The notes beneath the pieces were generated by a model. The model was not told the DNA's origin. It searched no databases and worked only from the letters and a program-made list of their open reading frames with translations. The position numbers and the translations under genes are program-made. From Eledone cirrhosa (taxonomy: Eukaryota), in assembly GCA_964016885.1 (NCBI GenBank), contig OZ024756.1:8184001-8248000 (forward strand): a stretch of 64,000 bases of DNA. Reading direction: 5' to 3'. Positions within the stretch are counted from its first letter, which is position 1, and each line of letters starts with the position of its first letter. This document shows, one piece after another, positions 35,301 to 46,920 of this stretch.

Positions 35301-38300
35301 TGTTGTATATGTAGTATGTTGTATATATATAGTATGTTGTTTATATATAGTATGTTGTATATATAGTATGTTGTATATATAGCATGTTGTATATAAAGTA
35401 TGTTGTATATATATCATGTTGTATATATATCATGTTGTATAAATAGTATGTTGTATATATAGTATGTTGTATATATAGTATGTTGTATATATAGTATTTT
35501 ATATATATATAGTATGTTATATATATAGTATGTTATATATATATAGTATGTTGTATATATATAGTATGTTGTATATATAGTATGTTATGTATATAGTATG
35601 TTGTATATATAGCATGTTGTATATAAAGTATGTTGTATATAAATCATGTGTATATAGTATGTTGTATATATAGTATGTTGTATATATATAGTATGTTTTA
35701 ATATAGTATGTTGTATATATAGTATGTTGTATATATATAGCATGTTGTATATAAAGTATGTTGTATATATAGTATGTTGTATATATATAGTATGTTGTAT
35801 ATATATCATGTTGTATATATATCATGTTGTATAAATAGTATGTTGTATAAATAGTATGTTGTATATATAGTATGTTGTATATATAGTATGTTGTATATAT
35901 AGTATGTTGTATATATAGTATGTTGTATATATATAGTATGTTGTATATATATAGTATGTTGTATATATATAGTATGTTGTATATATATAGTATGTTGTAT
36001 ATATATAGTATGTTGTCTATATATAGTATGTTGTCTATATATAGTATGTTGTGTATATATAGTATGTTGTATATATATAGTATGTTTATATATAGTATGT
36101 TGTATATATAGTATGTTGTATATATAGTATGTTATATATATATGTTCTATATATAGTATGTTGTATATATATAGTATGTTGTATATATATAGTATGTTGT
36201 ACATATAGTATGTTGTATATATAGCATGTTGTATATATAGCATGTTGTATATATAGCATGTTGTATAAATAGTATGTTGTATAAATAGTATGTTGTATAT
36301 ATAGTATGTTGTATATATAGTATGTTGTGTATATATAGTATGTTGTATATATAGTATGTTGTATATATAGTATGTTATATATATAGTATGTTGTATATAT
36401 ATAGTATGTTGTATATATATAGTATGTTGTATATATATAGTATGTTGTATATATATAGTATGGTGTATATATATAGTATGGTGTATATATAGTATGGTGT
36501 ATATATAGTATGTTGTATATATAGTATGTTGTATATATAGTATGTTGTATATATAGTATGTTATATATATAGTATGTTGTATATATATAGTATGTTGTAT
36601 ATATATAGTATGTTGTATATATATAGTATGGCGTATATATATAGTATGTTGTATATATATAGTATGTTGTATATATATAGTATGTTGTATATATATAGTA
36701 TGTTGTATATGTATAGTATGTTGTATATATAGTATGTTGTGTATATATAGTATGTTGTATATATATAGTATGTTGTATATATATAGTATGGTGTATATAT
36801 AGTATGTTGTATATATAGTATGTTATATATATATAGTATGTTGTATATATAGTATGTTGTGTATATATAGTATGTTGTATATATATAGTATGTTGTATAT
36901 ATATAGTATGGTGTATATATAGTATGTTGTATATATAGTATGTTATATATATATAGTATGGTGTATATATAGTATGTTGTATATATAGTATGTTGTATAT
37001 ATAGTATGTTGTATATAAAGTATGTTGTATATATATAGTATGTTGTATATATAGTATGTTGTATATATAGTATGTTGTATTTATAGTATGTTGTATTTAT
37101 AGTATGTTATATATATAGTATGTTGTATATATAGTATGTTGTATATATAGTATGTTGTATATATAGTATGTTGTATTTATAGTATGTTATATATATAGTA
37201 TGTTATATATATATAGTATGTTGTATTTATAGTATGTTATATATATAGTATGTTATATATATAGTATGTTATATATATATAGTATTAATGTTGTATATAT
37301 AGTATGTTGTATATATAGTATGTTGTATATATAGTATGTTGTATATATAGTATGTTGTATTTATAGTATGTTATATATATAGTATGTTATATATATATGT
37401 TGTATATATATAGTATGTTGTATATATATGTTGTATATATATAGTATGTTGTATATATAGTATGGTGTATATATAGTATGTTGTATATATAGTATGTTGT
37501 ATTTATAGTATGTTATATATATAGTATGTTATATATATAGTGTTGCGACCGATAGAGAGTACTAGCAACTGGAAAAACCAACGGAAACATTGTTTCCTTG
37601 GTCCGATTTGACGAAAAGTCCATCGATCCCAAAAAATATATATATATATAGTATGTTGTATATATATTTAGTATGTTGTGTATATATAGTATGTTGTATA
37701 TATATAGTATGTTGTGTATATATAGTATGTTGTGTATATATAGTATGTTTGTATATATAGTATGGTGTATATATAGTATGTTGTATATATATTTAGTATG
37801 TTGTGTATATATAGTATGTTGTATATATATAGTATGTTGTGTATATATAGTATGTTGTGTATATATAGTATGTTTGTATATATATATATACAACATATTA
37901 TATATATATATACTATATATACAACATTAATACTATATATACAACATACTATATATACAACATAGTATATATATACAACATATTATATATATACAACATA
38001 CTATATATATACAACATACTATATATACACCATACTATATATACAACATAGTATATATATACAACATATATATACAACATACTATATATATACAACATAC
38101 TATATATATACAACATACTATATATACAACATACTATATATACACCATACTATATATACAACATACTATATATATACAACATAGTATATATATATACAAC
38201 ATATATATACAACATACTATATATATACAACATACTATATATATACAACATACTATATATATACAACATACTATATATATACAACATACGATATATATAC

Positions 38301-40090
38301 AACATACTATATATATACAACATACTATATATACAACATACTATATATATACAACATACTATATATATACAACATACTATATATATACAACATACTATAT
38401 ATATACAACATACTATATATATACAACATACTATATATACAACATACTATATATACAACATACTATATATACAACATACTATATATATACAACATATTAT
38501 ATATACAACATACTATATATATACAACATACTATATATATACAACATACTATATATATACAACATACTATATATACAACATACTATATATATACAACATA
38601 CTATATATACAACATACTATATATATACAACATACTATATATATACAACATACTATATATACAACATACTATATATACAACATACTATATATATACAACA
38701 TATTATATATACAACATACTATATATACAACATACTATATATATACAACATACTATATATACAACATACTATATATACAACATACTATATATATACAACA
38801 TATTATATATACAACATACTATATATACAACATATTATATATACAACATACTATATATACAACATACTATATATACAACATACTATATATACAACATACT
38901 ATATATATACAACATACTATATATATACAACATACTATATATATATACAACATACTATATATATATACAACATACTATATATATATACAACATACTATAT
39001 ATACAACATACTATATATACAACATACTATATATATACAACATACTATATATATACAACATATTATATATACAACATACTATATATATACAACATACTAT
39101 ATATACACAACATACTATATATACAACATACTATATATACAACATACTATATATATACAACATACTATATATACAACATACTATATATACAACATACTAT
39201 ATATATACAACATACTATATATATACAACATACTATATATATACAACATACTATATATATACAACATACTATATATATACAACATACTATATATATACAA
39301 CATACTATATATATACAACATACTATATATATACAACATACTATATATATACAACATACTATATATACAACATACTATATATATACAACATACTATATAT
39401 ATACAACATACTATATATATACAACATACTATATATATACAACATACTATATATATACAACATACTATATATATACAACATACTATATATACAACATACT
39501 ATATATATACAACATACTATATATACAACATACTATATATATACAACATATTATATATACAACATACTATATATATACAACATACTATATATATACAACA
39601 TACTATATATATACAACATACTATATATACAACATACTATATATACAACATACTATATATACAACATACTATATATATACAACATACGATATATATACAA
39701 CATACTATATATACAACATACTATATATATACAACATACTATATATATACAACATACTATATATACAACATACTGGGAATTAACTCTCATTCAACATGGT
39801 GTTATGTAAAAATATCTTATCCTTTTCTCTATAAAATTTAGTAGTTAGATTCCGGTGACATTTACTCGAGTAAATAACCCTGGGTCTAGCAACACACTAA
39901 AATGGTGACCCTAACGTAAATAAGAAACACCAACCGAAGAATTGTAATCTCCAGATACGTGTATTCCGCCATTTTGCTTCCTCCATGTTACATCACTTCA
40001 ACTATTCATGTTACCACCACATGTGCATATAATTTTGAAAATACAACTAATTTTTCCTTTCAAATGTGTTGTCATTGGCTGATTCACGAA

Positions 40091-40417
40091 AGTTAAACCC
40101 CATGTGCGGCAGTTAAACCACATGTGCGGCAGTTAAACCACATGTGCGGCAGTTAAACTCGATGTGCGGCAGTTAAACCCCATGTGCGGCAGTTAAACCA
40201 CATGTGCGGCAGTTAAACCACATGTGCGGCAGTTAAACTCGATGTGCGGCAGTTAAACCCCATGTGCGGCAGTTAAACCACATGTGCAGCAGTTAAACCC
40301 CATGTGCGGCAGTTAAACCCCATGTGCGGCAGTTAAACCACATGTGCAGCAGTTAAACCCCATGTGCGGCAGTTAAACCCCATGTGCAGCAGTTAAACCC
40401 CATGTGTGGCAGTTAAA
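40091..40417. repeat. 20-bp minisatellite (agttaaaccccatgtgcggc), about 16 copies, in the Gypsy leader
   Basis: Directly visible. Confidence 0.95.
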
Positions 40418-40449
40418 AAACATTTCACTCAGCCCCTACTACATTCATA

Positions 40450-41200
40450 ATGAGCAATTCTTCACTACCGACGTATTCAAGTGATGCAAAGTTGTGGTTT
40501 GCACAACTAGATTCGTATTTTGTTGCCCATGGCGTTCAAGTGACACAACAAAGGTTACACGTGCTCATAAGTGGAATCCCTGCATCGCTCGCCACATCAG
40601 TAAAAGATATCATCACAGATCCCCACAAGGCATCACTTATGAAACCCTAAAGGAAGCAGTGCTCCGACGGTACAGCCGTTCGCCTGAGAGCAAATTTCGT
40701 TCCTTGTTGGAGGAGGAAAACCTGGGAGATAGAACCCCATCTCAGTTTTTACGGCGCATCCAGGAACTGAGCGACTCAACAGCAGAGGACAACTCTTTCG
40801 TAAGACAATTATTCTTCTCCCGTTTGCCAACAAATGTGCAGACCATACTGGCAAATATAGTCGACACCAGTTCTCTGGACCAAATTGCAGCCTCAGCGGA
40901 TCGCATAATGGAATTTTCTCGTGTGCCTACTTCGGCAGATCCACTCATTGCTTCTTCTACTTTTAAAGCACAGCCTGTTTCACATCATGAGGACTCTATA
41001 CTGAGAGCCATTGATGCGTTAACTCGTCAAGTGGATAAAATGTGTTGCGAAAGAACACCATCCAAATGGCGTTCACGGAGTCGGTCTCCTTCTCTACATC
41101 ATCGCGCCAACCTCCCTGCCAACAATTCGTCTTTATGTTGGTATCACGTGCGTTTTTGTGAAAAGGCGAATCATTGTATTCAGCCGTGCTCATTCGGGAC
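40450..41200 (+). pseudogene. Gypsy gag, frameshifted near 40625
   Basis: ORF 40450-40650 continues in the frame of ORF 40494-41447 at GITYETLK. Confidence 0.8.
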
Positions 41201-42326
41201 TTCGTCAAGAGACCTTTTACGTCACCTTATAATGGACCTTTTCATGTGCTTTCGTACACACCCAAACATTTCACAGTGGCGGTCAATGGTCGAAAAGAGA
41301 CAATATCCATTGCCAGAGCAAAAAAGGCTTTCTCCGAAAGTCTCGTCATACTGGCTGATACACTTCGTACATACATTCCTATACCCACACCTTCACCGCA
41401 AACACCACATACTACACAACCTTATGTCACACGAGGCGGCAGGATAGTAAAATGGCCAAAAAAGCTATCAAAAACAATATACATTTAACCTCTAGTGGCA
41501 TTAACATACCTCTTCTATTCAGTTTCAGATAGAACTAGTGTCAGAAAAGTCTGTACACTAGTGATGTATGAACTATTTGACTTTGAAAAACATTGATTTT
41601 ACTATTGAGCATCAATATTCTCTGCTCCTTTGTATGACTATGATTTATCAATCGTTACATTCAAACATTCTTTGTAAAAATGCATTACTTGTTTTATGCT
41701 CATTTTTGCTATTTGCTTGCTCATGTTTTTGTACCTTTTGTTTTGCTCCTCATTTCTTACATGTTCTCGCTACAATTTGGTTATTCGACTTCTCATCTGA
41801 GAAGGGAGTCTTGTAGCGCTCTCTAGACAAGGGAAGTAGCTAGAGTTACTTCCCATCGAAATTCTAGAACCTTCTTTGTAACTTTCGGTAATAAAGGATA
41901 TAAATAAAGGGAACGCAAATCAAGCTCTCTCTCTTTTGGCGCCTTCCTTCGAATTGACAACACTGAAGACAAACATGTTAACTTCTCTCTAACCACCGAT
42001 CATGGATCTGGATTATACCAATGTAGTGACCTACATTCCACGGGCTCACATACATTCTGTGCGTGATTTGGCTCAGCTCAGCCAATCAGCGCCAGTAGAA
42101 GAGAATGTATCCCTACGCGCCCTGAGGGAAAAATTCCCGCTTTTGATTTGAGAAATCACTCTCTTGCATCCTGAACAAGTTTGCTTGAACTCCGAAGGAA
42201 CGACACAAACAATATGTAACGGTGAGATTTGCACTTTGGCCTGCCGGCCTGGCACAATGGTACGTTCCTTTTGTAACCTTTTTATCTTTAACTTCAACCA
42301 TACAAATTAACAATCATTATTTTGTG

Positions 42327-42456
42327 ACGATCTGAGTTCAAATCCCGCCGAGGTTGACTTTGCCTTTCATCCTTACGGGGTCGATAAAATAAAAGTACCA
42401 GTAATGCACTGGGTAATTGCTGGCCTTGTGCCTAAAGTAGAAACAATTATTTTGTG
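42327..42456 (+). mobile_element. Truncated SINE (second family) inserted in the LTR
   Basis: B-box gagttcaaatc, central gcctttcatcc..ggggtcgataaaa..gtaccag, tail ggccttgtgcctaaagtagaaac (also at 1-28); attattttgtg duplicated on both sides. Confidence 0.8.
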
Positions 42457-42803
42457 CTACAACAAAATAAACATACATTTCATCTCACGAACATTCTTCT
42501 TGTTGACGTTATTATGTTACTCGTTTGTCGATATGACTAACATATACTTCTACCAAACTGATTACTTGTGGCGCTTCTAACTATAACACAAGTAACTGCT
42601 AAACCAATATGTAGAAGAAATTTTACTAACCACAATTGTAACATGGAGCTACAATAAAATGAAGACTTATATCTGATACTCGTTCCGAGAAACTGACTAC
42701 AATTTTATCATTACCTTATAGTCTGTTGTATATATAGTATGTTGTATATATATAGTATGTTGTATGTTGTGTATATATAGTATGTTTTGTAGATAGTATG
42801 TTA

Positions 42804-43088
42804 TGGAGTTCAATTCTTAGACCGGGTGATGTGTTGTTTCCTTGAGCAAGACACTTTATTTCACATTGCTCCAGTTTACTCAGCTGTAGAAATGAGACGA
42901 TAGGGACTGGGGTTCTTATCATTCCACTGCAAAGTGGTCGTGGAGGTGCCACGGCAAAAAAGCACCCAGCACTCACTGTAAATGAGGTTGGTGTTAGGAA
43001 GAGCATCCAGCTGTAGAAATCAAGCCAGAATCAGTTTCCGTCCCCCCCTTGCAAGCAGGGAAAAGCGGATGTAAAATGATGATGATGA
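42804..43088 (+). mobile_element. 5'-truncated tRNA/CORE-like SINE with RTE tail
   Basis: Matches 44585-44923 from the B box onward. Confidence 0.85.
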
Positions 43089-44584
43089 TATATAGTATGT
43101 TGTATATATATAGTATGTTGTGTATATAGTATGTTGTGTGTATATAGTATGTTGTGTGTATATAGTATGTTGTGTGTATAATCCCCCCTCCACACATGTA
43201 TATCATCACTCATACACTGTTCACTTCCCTGACAGTTCTATATTATTCTATGTACTATACATGCAGCTGAGCACTATACAATTTCATTATATTATTTTTA
43301 TATAGCATGTGTATATGTATGTTCATATGTGTGTGTGTGTATATGCAACTGTGTGTGTATATACATAGTATGTGCATGTGTGTGTGTATGTATGTAAGTA
43401 TATGCTAATGGATGTATGTACATGCATGTGAATGTATATGCAGGAGTATGTATATATATGCAAGTGTGTGCATGTGTATGTATGTGTTTATGTGCATAAG
43501 TATGTATAGGCAAGTGTGTGTGTATGTATATGCAAGTGAGTGTGTATGTATATGCAAGTGAGTGTGTATGTGTGTGCAAGTGTGTGTGTGTATATGTGTA
43601 TGCAAATGTGTGTATGTACTTACATGTGTGTATATATATGCAAGTATATACAGTATATGCCGGTGTACAAGTCAATATTTGGAGCATAAAAATATCTGTC
43701 CCAAAGCAGGGGTCAACTTGTCCACCCAATATAGAATGTGGACCACTGAGGGGTCAACAGTGGAACTGCCTGACACTCGAACACCACTTACCAGAACTCC
43801 AGCAGAACACATTTCCCATTAAATCTCATATTTGTTAAGTCTATTTAACAGAGATTATAATATCAATGACTTGCCATCACTCATAGGTTAGGTTACCATA
43901 GGGTAGGTTACTGTAGGTTAGGTTACCATAGGGTAGTATCATAGGTTAGGTTACCATAGGTTGGGTTGTCATAGGGTAAGTTACGTTAGGTTCATTAAGT
44001 CTAGGCTTGCTTACTCAGTGAGTTAGAACTCACTTGTGACTGAAGTGTCTTAGCCTTTAGCAAGCCACTAAATTTTTTGAATTATTTCCCCTGCCACTGC
44101 CTCATTTTTGGGGGGTTGTCTTATCTGGCGAATATAGGCCTAAACCTGAGTCACACCCCATAGGTCAACCTATGCACCGGATTGACTTGTACGCCAGCAT
44201 ATGTGCATCCATGTTACTTGACTTTCTACCTTCAAGTAAATTAAAAGAAACAAGTCCCAGCCTTCATTACATTCCTTATTTACAAGAGAGAAGCTAAGGA
44301 ATCTATAAATTTCTGTGATTCTATCACATGTAAAGAGAGAGTAGTAGTTTGACTACCTCATACTACTTCTCTCTCTTTACATCTACTGCTTGCAGGAATC
44401 TTTGTGTGTAAAAGGAAGGAAGGGGATGGTACAAAAACTATAGCAAAATAGCAGCTGGCGTTCCATTTGTTATGCTGTGTATGTGTGTGTGTGTGTGAAT
44501 GTATGTGTGTGTTTGTGTAAATGTATGTCTGTGTGTGTATTTTTGTAAGTGTGTTCATGTTTGCACATTTATATTCATATATGT

Positions 44585-44923
44585 GGAGGCACATGGCTTA
44601 GTGGTTAGAGCATTGGCCTTGCAATCGAAAGGTTGTGAGTTCAATTCTCAGACCGGGTGATGTGTTGTTTCCTTGAGCAAGACACTTTATTTCACATTGC
44701 TCCAGTTTACTCAGCTGTAGAAATGAAATGATAGGGACTGGGGTCCATATCATTCCACTGCAAAGTGGTCGTGGAGGTGCCACGTCAAAAAACCACCCAG
44801 CACTCACTGTAAATGAGGTTGGTGTTAGGAAGGGCATCCAGCTGTAGAAATCAAGCCAAAATCAGTTCCCGTCCCACCCTTGCAAGCAGGGAAAAAGTGG
44901 ACGTAAAATGAAATGATGATGAT
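44585..44923 (+). mobile_element. Full-length tRNA-derived CORE-like SINE with RTE-type 3' tail
   Basis: A box TGGCTTAGTGG, B box GAGTTCAATTC, CORE-like ccttgagcaagacacttta..cagtttactcagctgtagaaatg, tail shared with the RTE LINE, (GAT)n end. Confidence 0.9.
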
Positions 44924-45374
44924 ACTCATACATATCAATGTATGCACATAAACACATGCACACATATATACACATTTACGTCAGCACATTGAAACAAATC
45001 CTAGAACAAGAGCGAACCTGTTCAATTTTACGAAGCTGAAGAATATCGACAAACGTCAGATTGTTGGGTTTTTTATTGTTTTTACATGAGAACTCTAAAG
45101 TATTTCCACATTGGCATAGATTAAACGTTGAGAAGCTTCAACCATCAACCATTAAAGCTGCAAATCCAAGCTGCATTTCCCTCCCCAGCATGCAGTGCTA
45201 TTCATGCGCAGGCACTTTTCTTTACAAACTGTAATAGTTTTTTTTTTCTATTTTGATTTTTTTTTTACTTGTTTGTTTTGTTTTTTATTCCATTCCGATA
45301 ATCCTCTCCCCCCTGCCATCCACTTCTTTTAAGCTTTCTTTTGTTTTGTTTTTTTTGTTAGTTGTTTTTTTAAT

Positions 45375-45605
45375 TCATAAACTTGTAGCTTCTTTGTCGA
45401 ATGATCTCCCAAGGCCAAGTGACCCACTGTTCTCTATGTTAGCTGCAACTGACCCACTCAAACCACTGCTGGCCCCTCCTATAGACACAGAATTATTAGG
45501 AGGTGGTTCTTGTTGTTTCTGTTGTAATAGTCTTATCTGTACCTTCACGTCCAGACAGATCATTCGTTCCTCGTGGATCTTCTGACACAGCTCCGTATTC
45601 TTTTT
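45375..45605 (-). CDS. RALBP1: RalBP1/RLIP76 homolog, last coding exon (KKNTELCQKIHEERMICLDVKVQIRLLQQKQ...ATSL*)
   Basis: AG acceptor at 45607-45606, phase 0, TGA at 45377-45375. The peptide resembles the RalBP1 C-terminal coiled coil as I recall it (KNNHLNQAIHEEREAIIELRVQLRLLQ); no database search was run. Confidence 0.85.
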   Translation of the reverse strand, partial: KKNTELCQKIHEERMICLDVKVQIRLLQQKQQEPPPNNSVSIGGASSGLSGSVAANIENSGSLGLGRSFDKEATSL

Positions 45606-45608
45606 CTG

Positions 45609-45656
<48 letters not shown>

Positions 45657-45664
45657 ATTTAAAA

Positions 45665-45927
45665 AAGGGTTTGTAACTGCCATGAAGTAGTCCCGATTGT
45701 CATAGGCGCATTAGGGACTATCTCAAAAAGTTTCCAGGGATGGTTAAAGAAAATTGGCCCCTTCACGCTTCAAAAGGCATGCTTGCTGGGAACAGCAAGA
45801 ACCCTCCGATACGTCCTGAATATCTGAGGCTGCAGGTAGTGGCTTGATATTCATTTCAACAAACTTTCCAGTTAACTAACATCAATGACTGAGACTCAAA
45901 GAGTAATAACAATAATAATAATAATAA
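45665..45927 (+). mobile_element. R4/Dong-like (restriction-like endonuclease) non-LTR element 3' fragment
   Basis: 45678-45827 translates to CHEVVPIVIGALGTISKSFQGWLKKIGPFTLQKACLLGTARTLRYVLNI*; (TAA)n on both sides. Confidence 0.8.
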
Positions 45928-46135
45928 TTGTTTCTAATTTTGGCACAAGGCCAGCAATTTGGGGGGTGGGGGGTGGGGGTTGATTATACCAAGCTCAGTG
46001 AATTACTGGTACTTTATTTTATTGACCTGCCTCGAAAGGATGAAAGGTAAAGTTGATCGGTTGGATTTCAACTCAGAATGTAAAGGGATGTAACTATGCC
46101 GCATGTTGTCCGACGCTCTACCGATACTGTGACCT
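45928..46135 (-). mobile_element. SINE of the second family
   Basis: Reverse complement of the 42327 motifs (ggcacaaggccagcaatt, ctggtactttatttt, aaaggatgaaagg). Confidence 0.75.
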
Positions 46136-46180
46136 TTCACTCTTTCGAGACCGATGAAGAACTATCAGTTTAGTTCTGGG

Positions 46181-46522
46181 ATCATCATCATCATCATCAT
46201 TTTACGTCCGCTTTTCCCTGCTTGCAAGGGTGGGACGGGAACTAATTCTGGCTAGATTTCTACAGCTGGATGCCCTTCCTAACACCAACCTCATTTACAG
46301 TGAGTGCTGGGTGCTTTTTTGCCATGGCACCTCCACGTCCACTTTGCAGTGGAATAATAGGGACCCCAGTCCCTATCATCTCATTTCTACAGCTGAGTAA
46401 ACTGGAGCAATGTGAAATAAAGTGTCTTGCTCAAGGAAACAACACATCACCCGGTCTGAGAATTGAACTCACAACCTTTCGATTGCAAGGCCAATGCTCT
46501 AACCACTAAGCCATGTGTCTCC
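46181..46522 (-). mobile_element. tRNA/CORE-like SINE
   Basis: Near-identical inverted copy of 44585-44923. Confidence 0.9.
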
Positions 46523-46699
46523 AATTCTTCTATATCTCTCACTTCCATTCTCTCTCTCCCTCTTTCTATCCTTCTCTGGAAGAAATCTGCTGTGAAACAA
46601 TGAACTTCTATTAGAACAACAACAACAACAACAACTGTCATTTCAAACCACATTTGTGATGTAAATATTAAGATTTAAAGCGTTAATATAGAAACATAC

Positions 46700-46902
46700 C
46701 TCAAGCAGTTCATTGTCCCGAATTAATTGTTTCAAATGTTCTTGTAACTCCTCCTCATCTTCACTCTCGGAGCTACTCTCCGAACTGCAGCTAATTTCAT
46801 CTAAATCAGAATCTTGCCTTAAATAGTTCAGTTCTACAATTTCCTGGTGTAGTCGTTCAATTTCACTCTGTTCTGTTTCAATTTTCTGATGAAGTTCATC
46901 AC
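46700..46902 (-). CDS. RALBP1: RalBP1 homolog exon (GDELHQKIETEQSEIERLHQEIVELNYLRQDSDLDEISCSSESSSESEDEEELQEHLKQLIRDNELLE)
   Basis: tttcag acceptor and GAG|gtatgt donor; 203 bp, phase 1 to 0, in frame with both neighbouring exons. Resembles RalBP1 'EIERLRAEI...SSESESESEDEEELQ..L..L...NE.LE'. Confidence 0.9.
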
Positions 46903-46920
46903 CTGAAACAACAGTCAACA

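Larger units (their letters stand above)
18043..39774. repeat. ~21-kb 16/18-bp satellite (TAGTATGTTGTATATA[TA]) with embedded elements; orientation flips at about 37880
   Basis: Directly visible tandem units; caacatactata orientation after 37890. Confidence 0.95.
39903..42461 (+). mobile_element. Internally deleted Ty3/Gypsy LTR retrotransposon (PBS, gag, integrase C-terminus, PPT, 3' LTR)
   Basis: TGGTGACC PBS-like motif; frameshifted gag (LWFAQLDSYF, YETLKEAVL, LGDRTPSQFL, CWYH..F...A..C..PC); GPY/F motif PYNGPFHVL and YVTRGGR; PPT gagaagggag then TGTAGCG at 41812. The LTR 3' end is uncertain (GCTACA at 42461 is a candidate). Confidence 0.85.

Noticed and set aside
43883-43992. TTAGG-like repeats as telomeric sequence
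   Set aside because: Short degenerate ~15-bp units (ataggttaggttacc), not a telomere array.
44585-44660. tRNA-Cys(GCA)-like gene
   Set aside because: It is the head of a multi-copy SINE and continues into the core and tail; the acceptor stem is not intact.
46147-46180. CCGATGA plus hairpin (and CTGAAGA plus hairpin on the minus strand near 17960)
   Set aside because: GAAA, stem III and cleavage site are missing; at best truncated remnants.
46270-46509. Recurrent 79-aa ORF MPFLTPTSFTV...
   Set aside because: Antisense translation of SINE copies, not a gene family.
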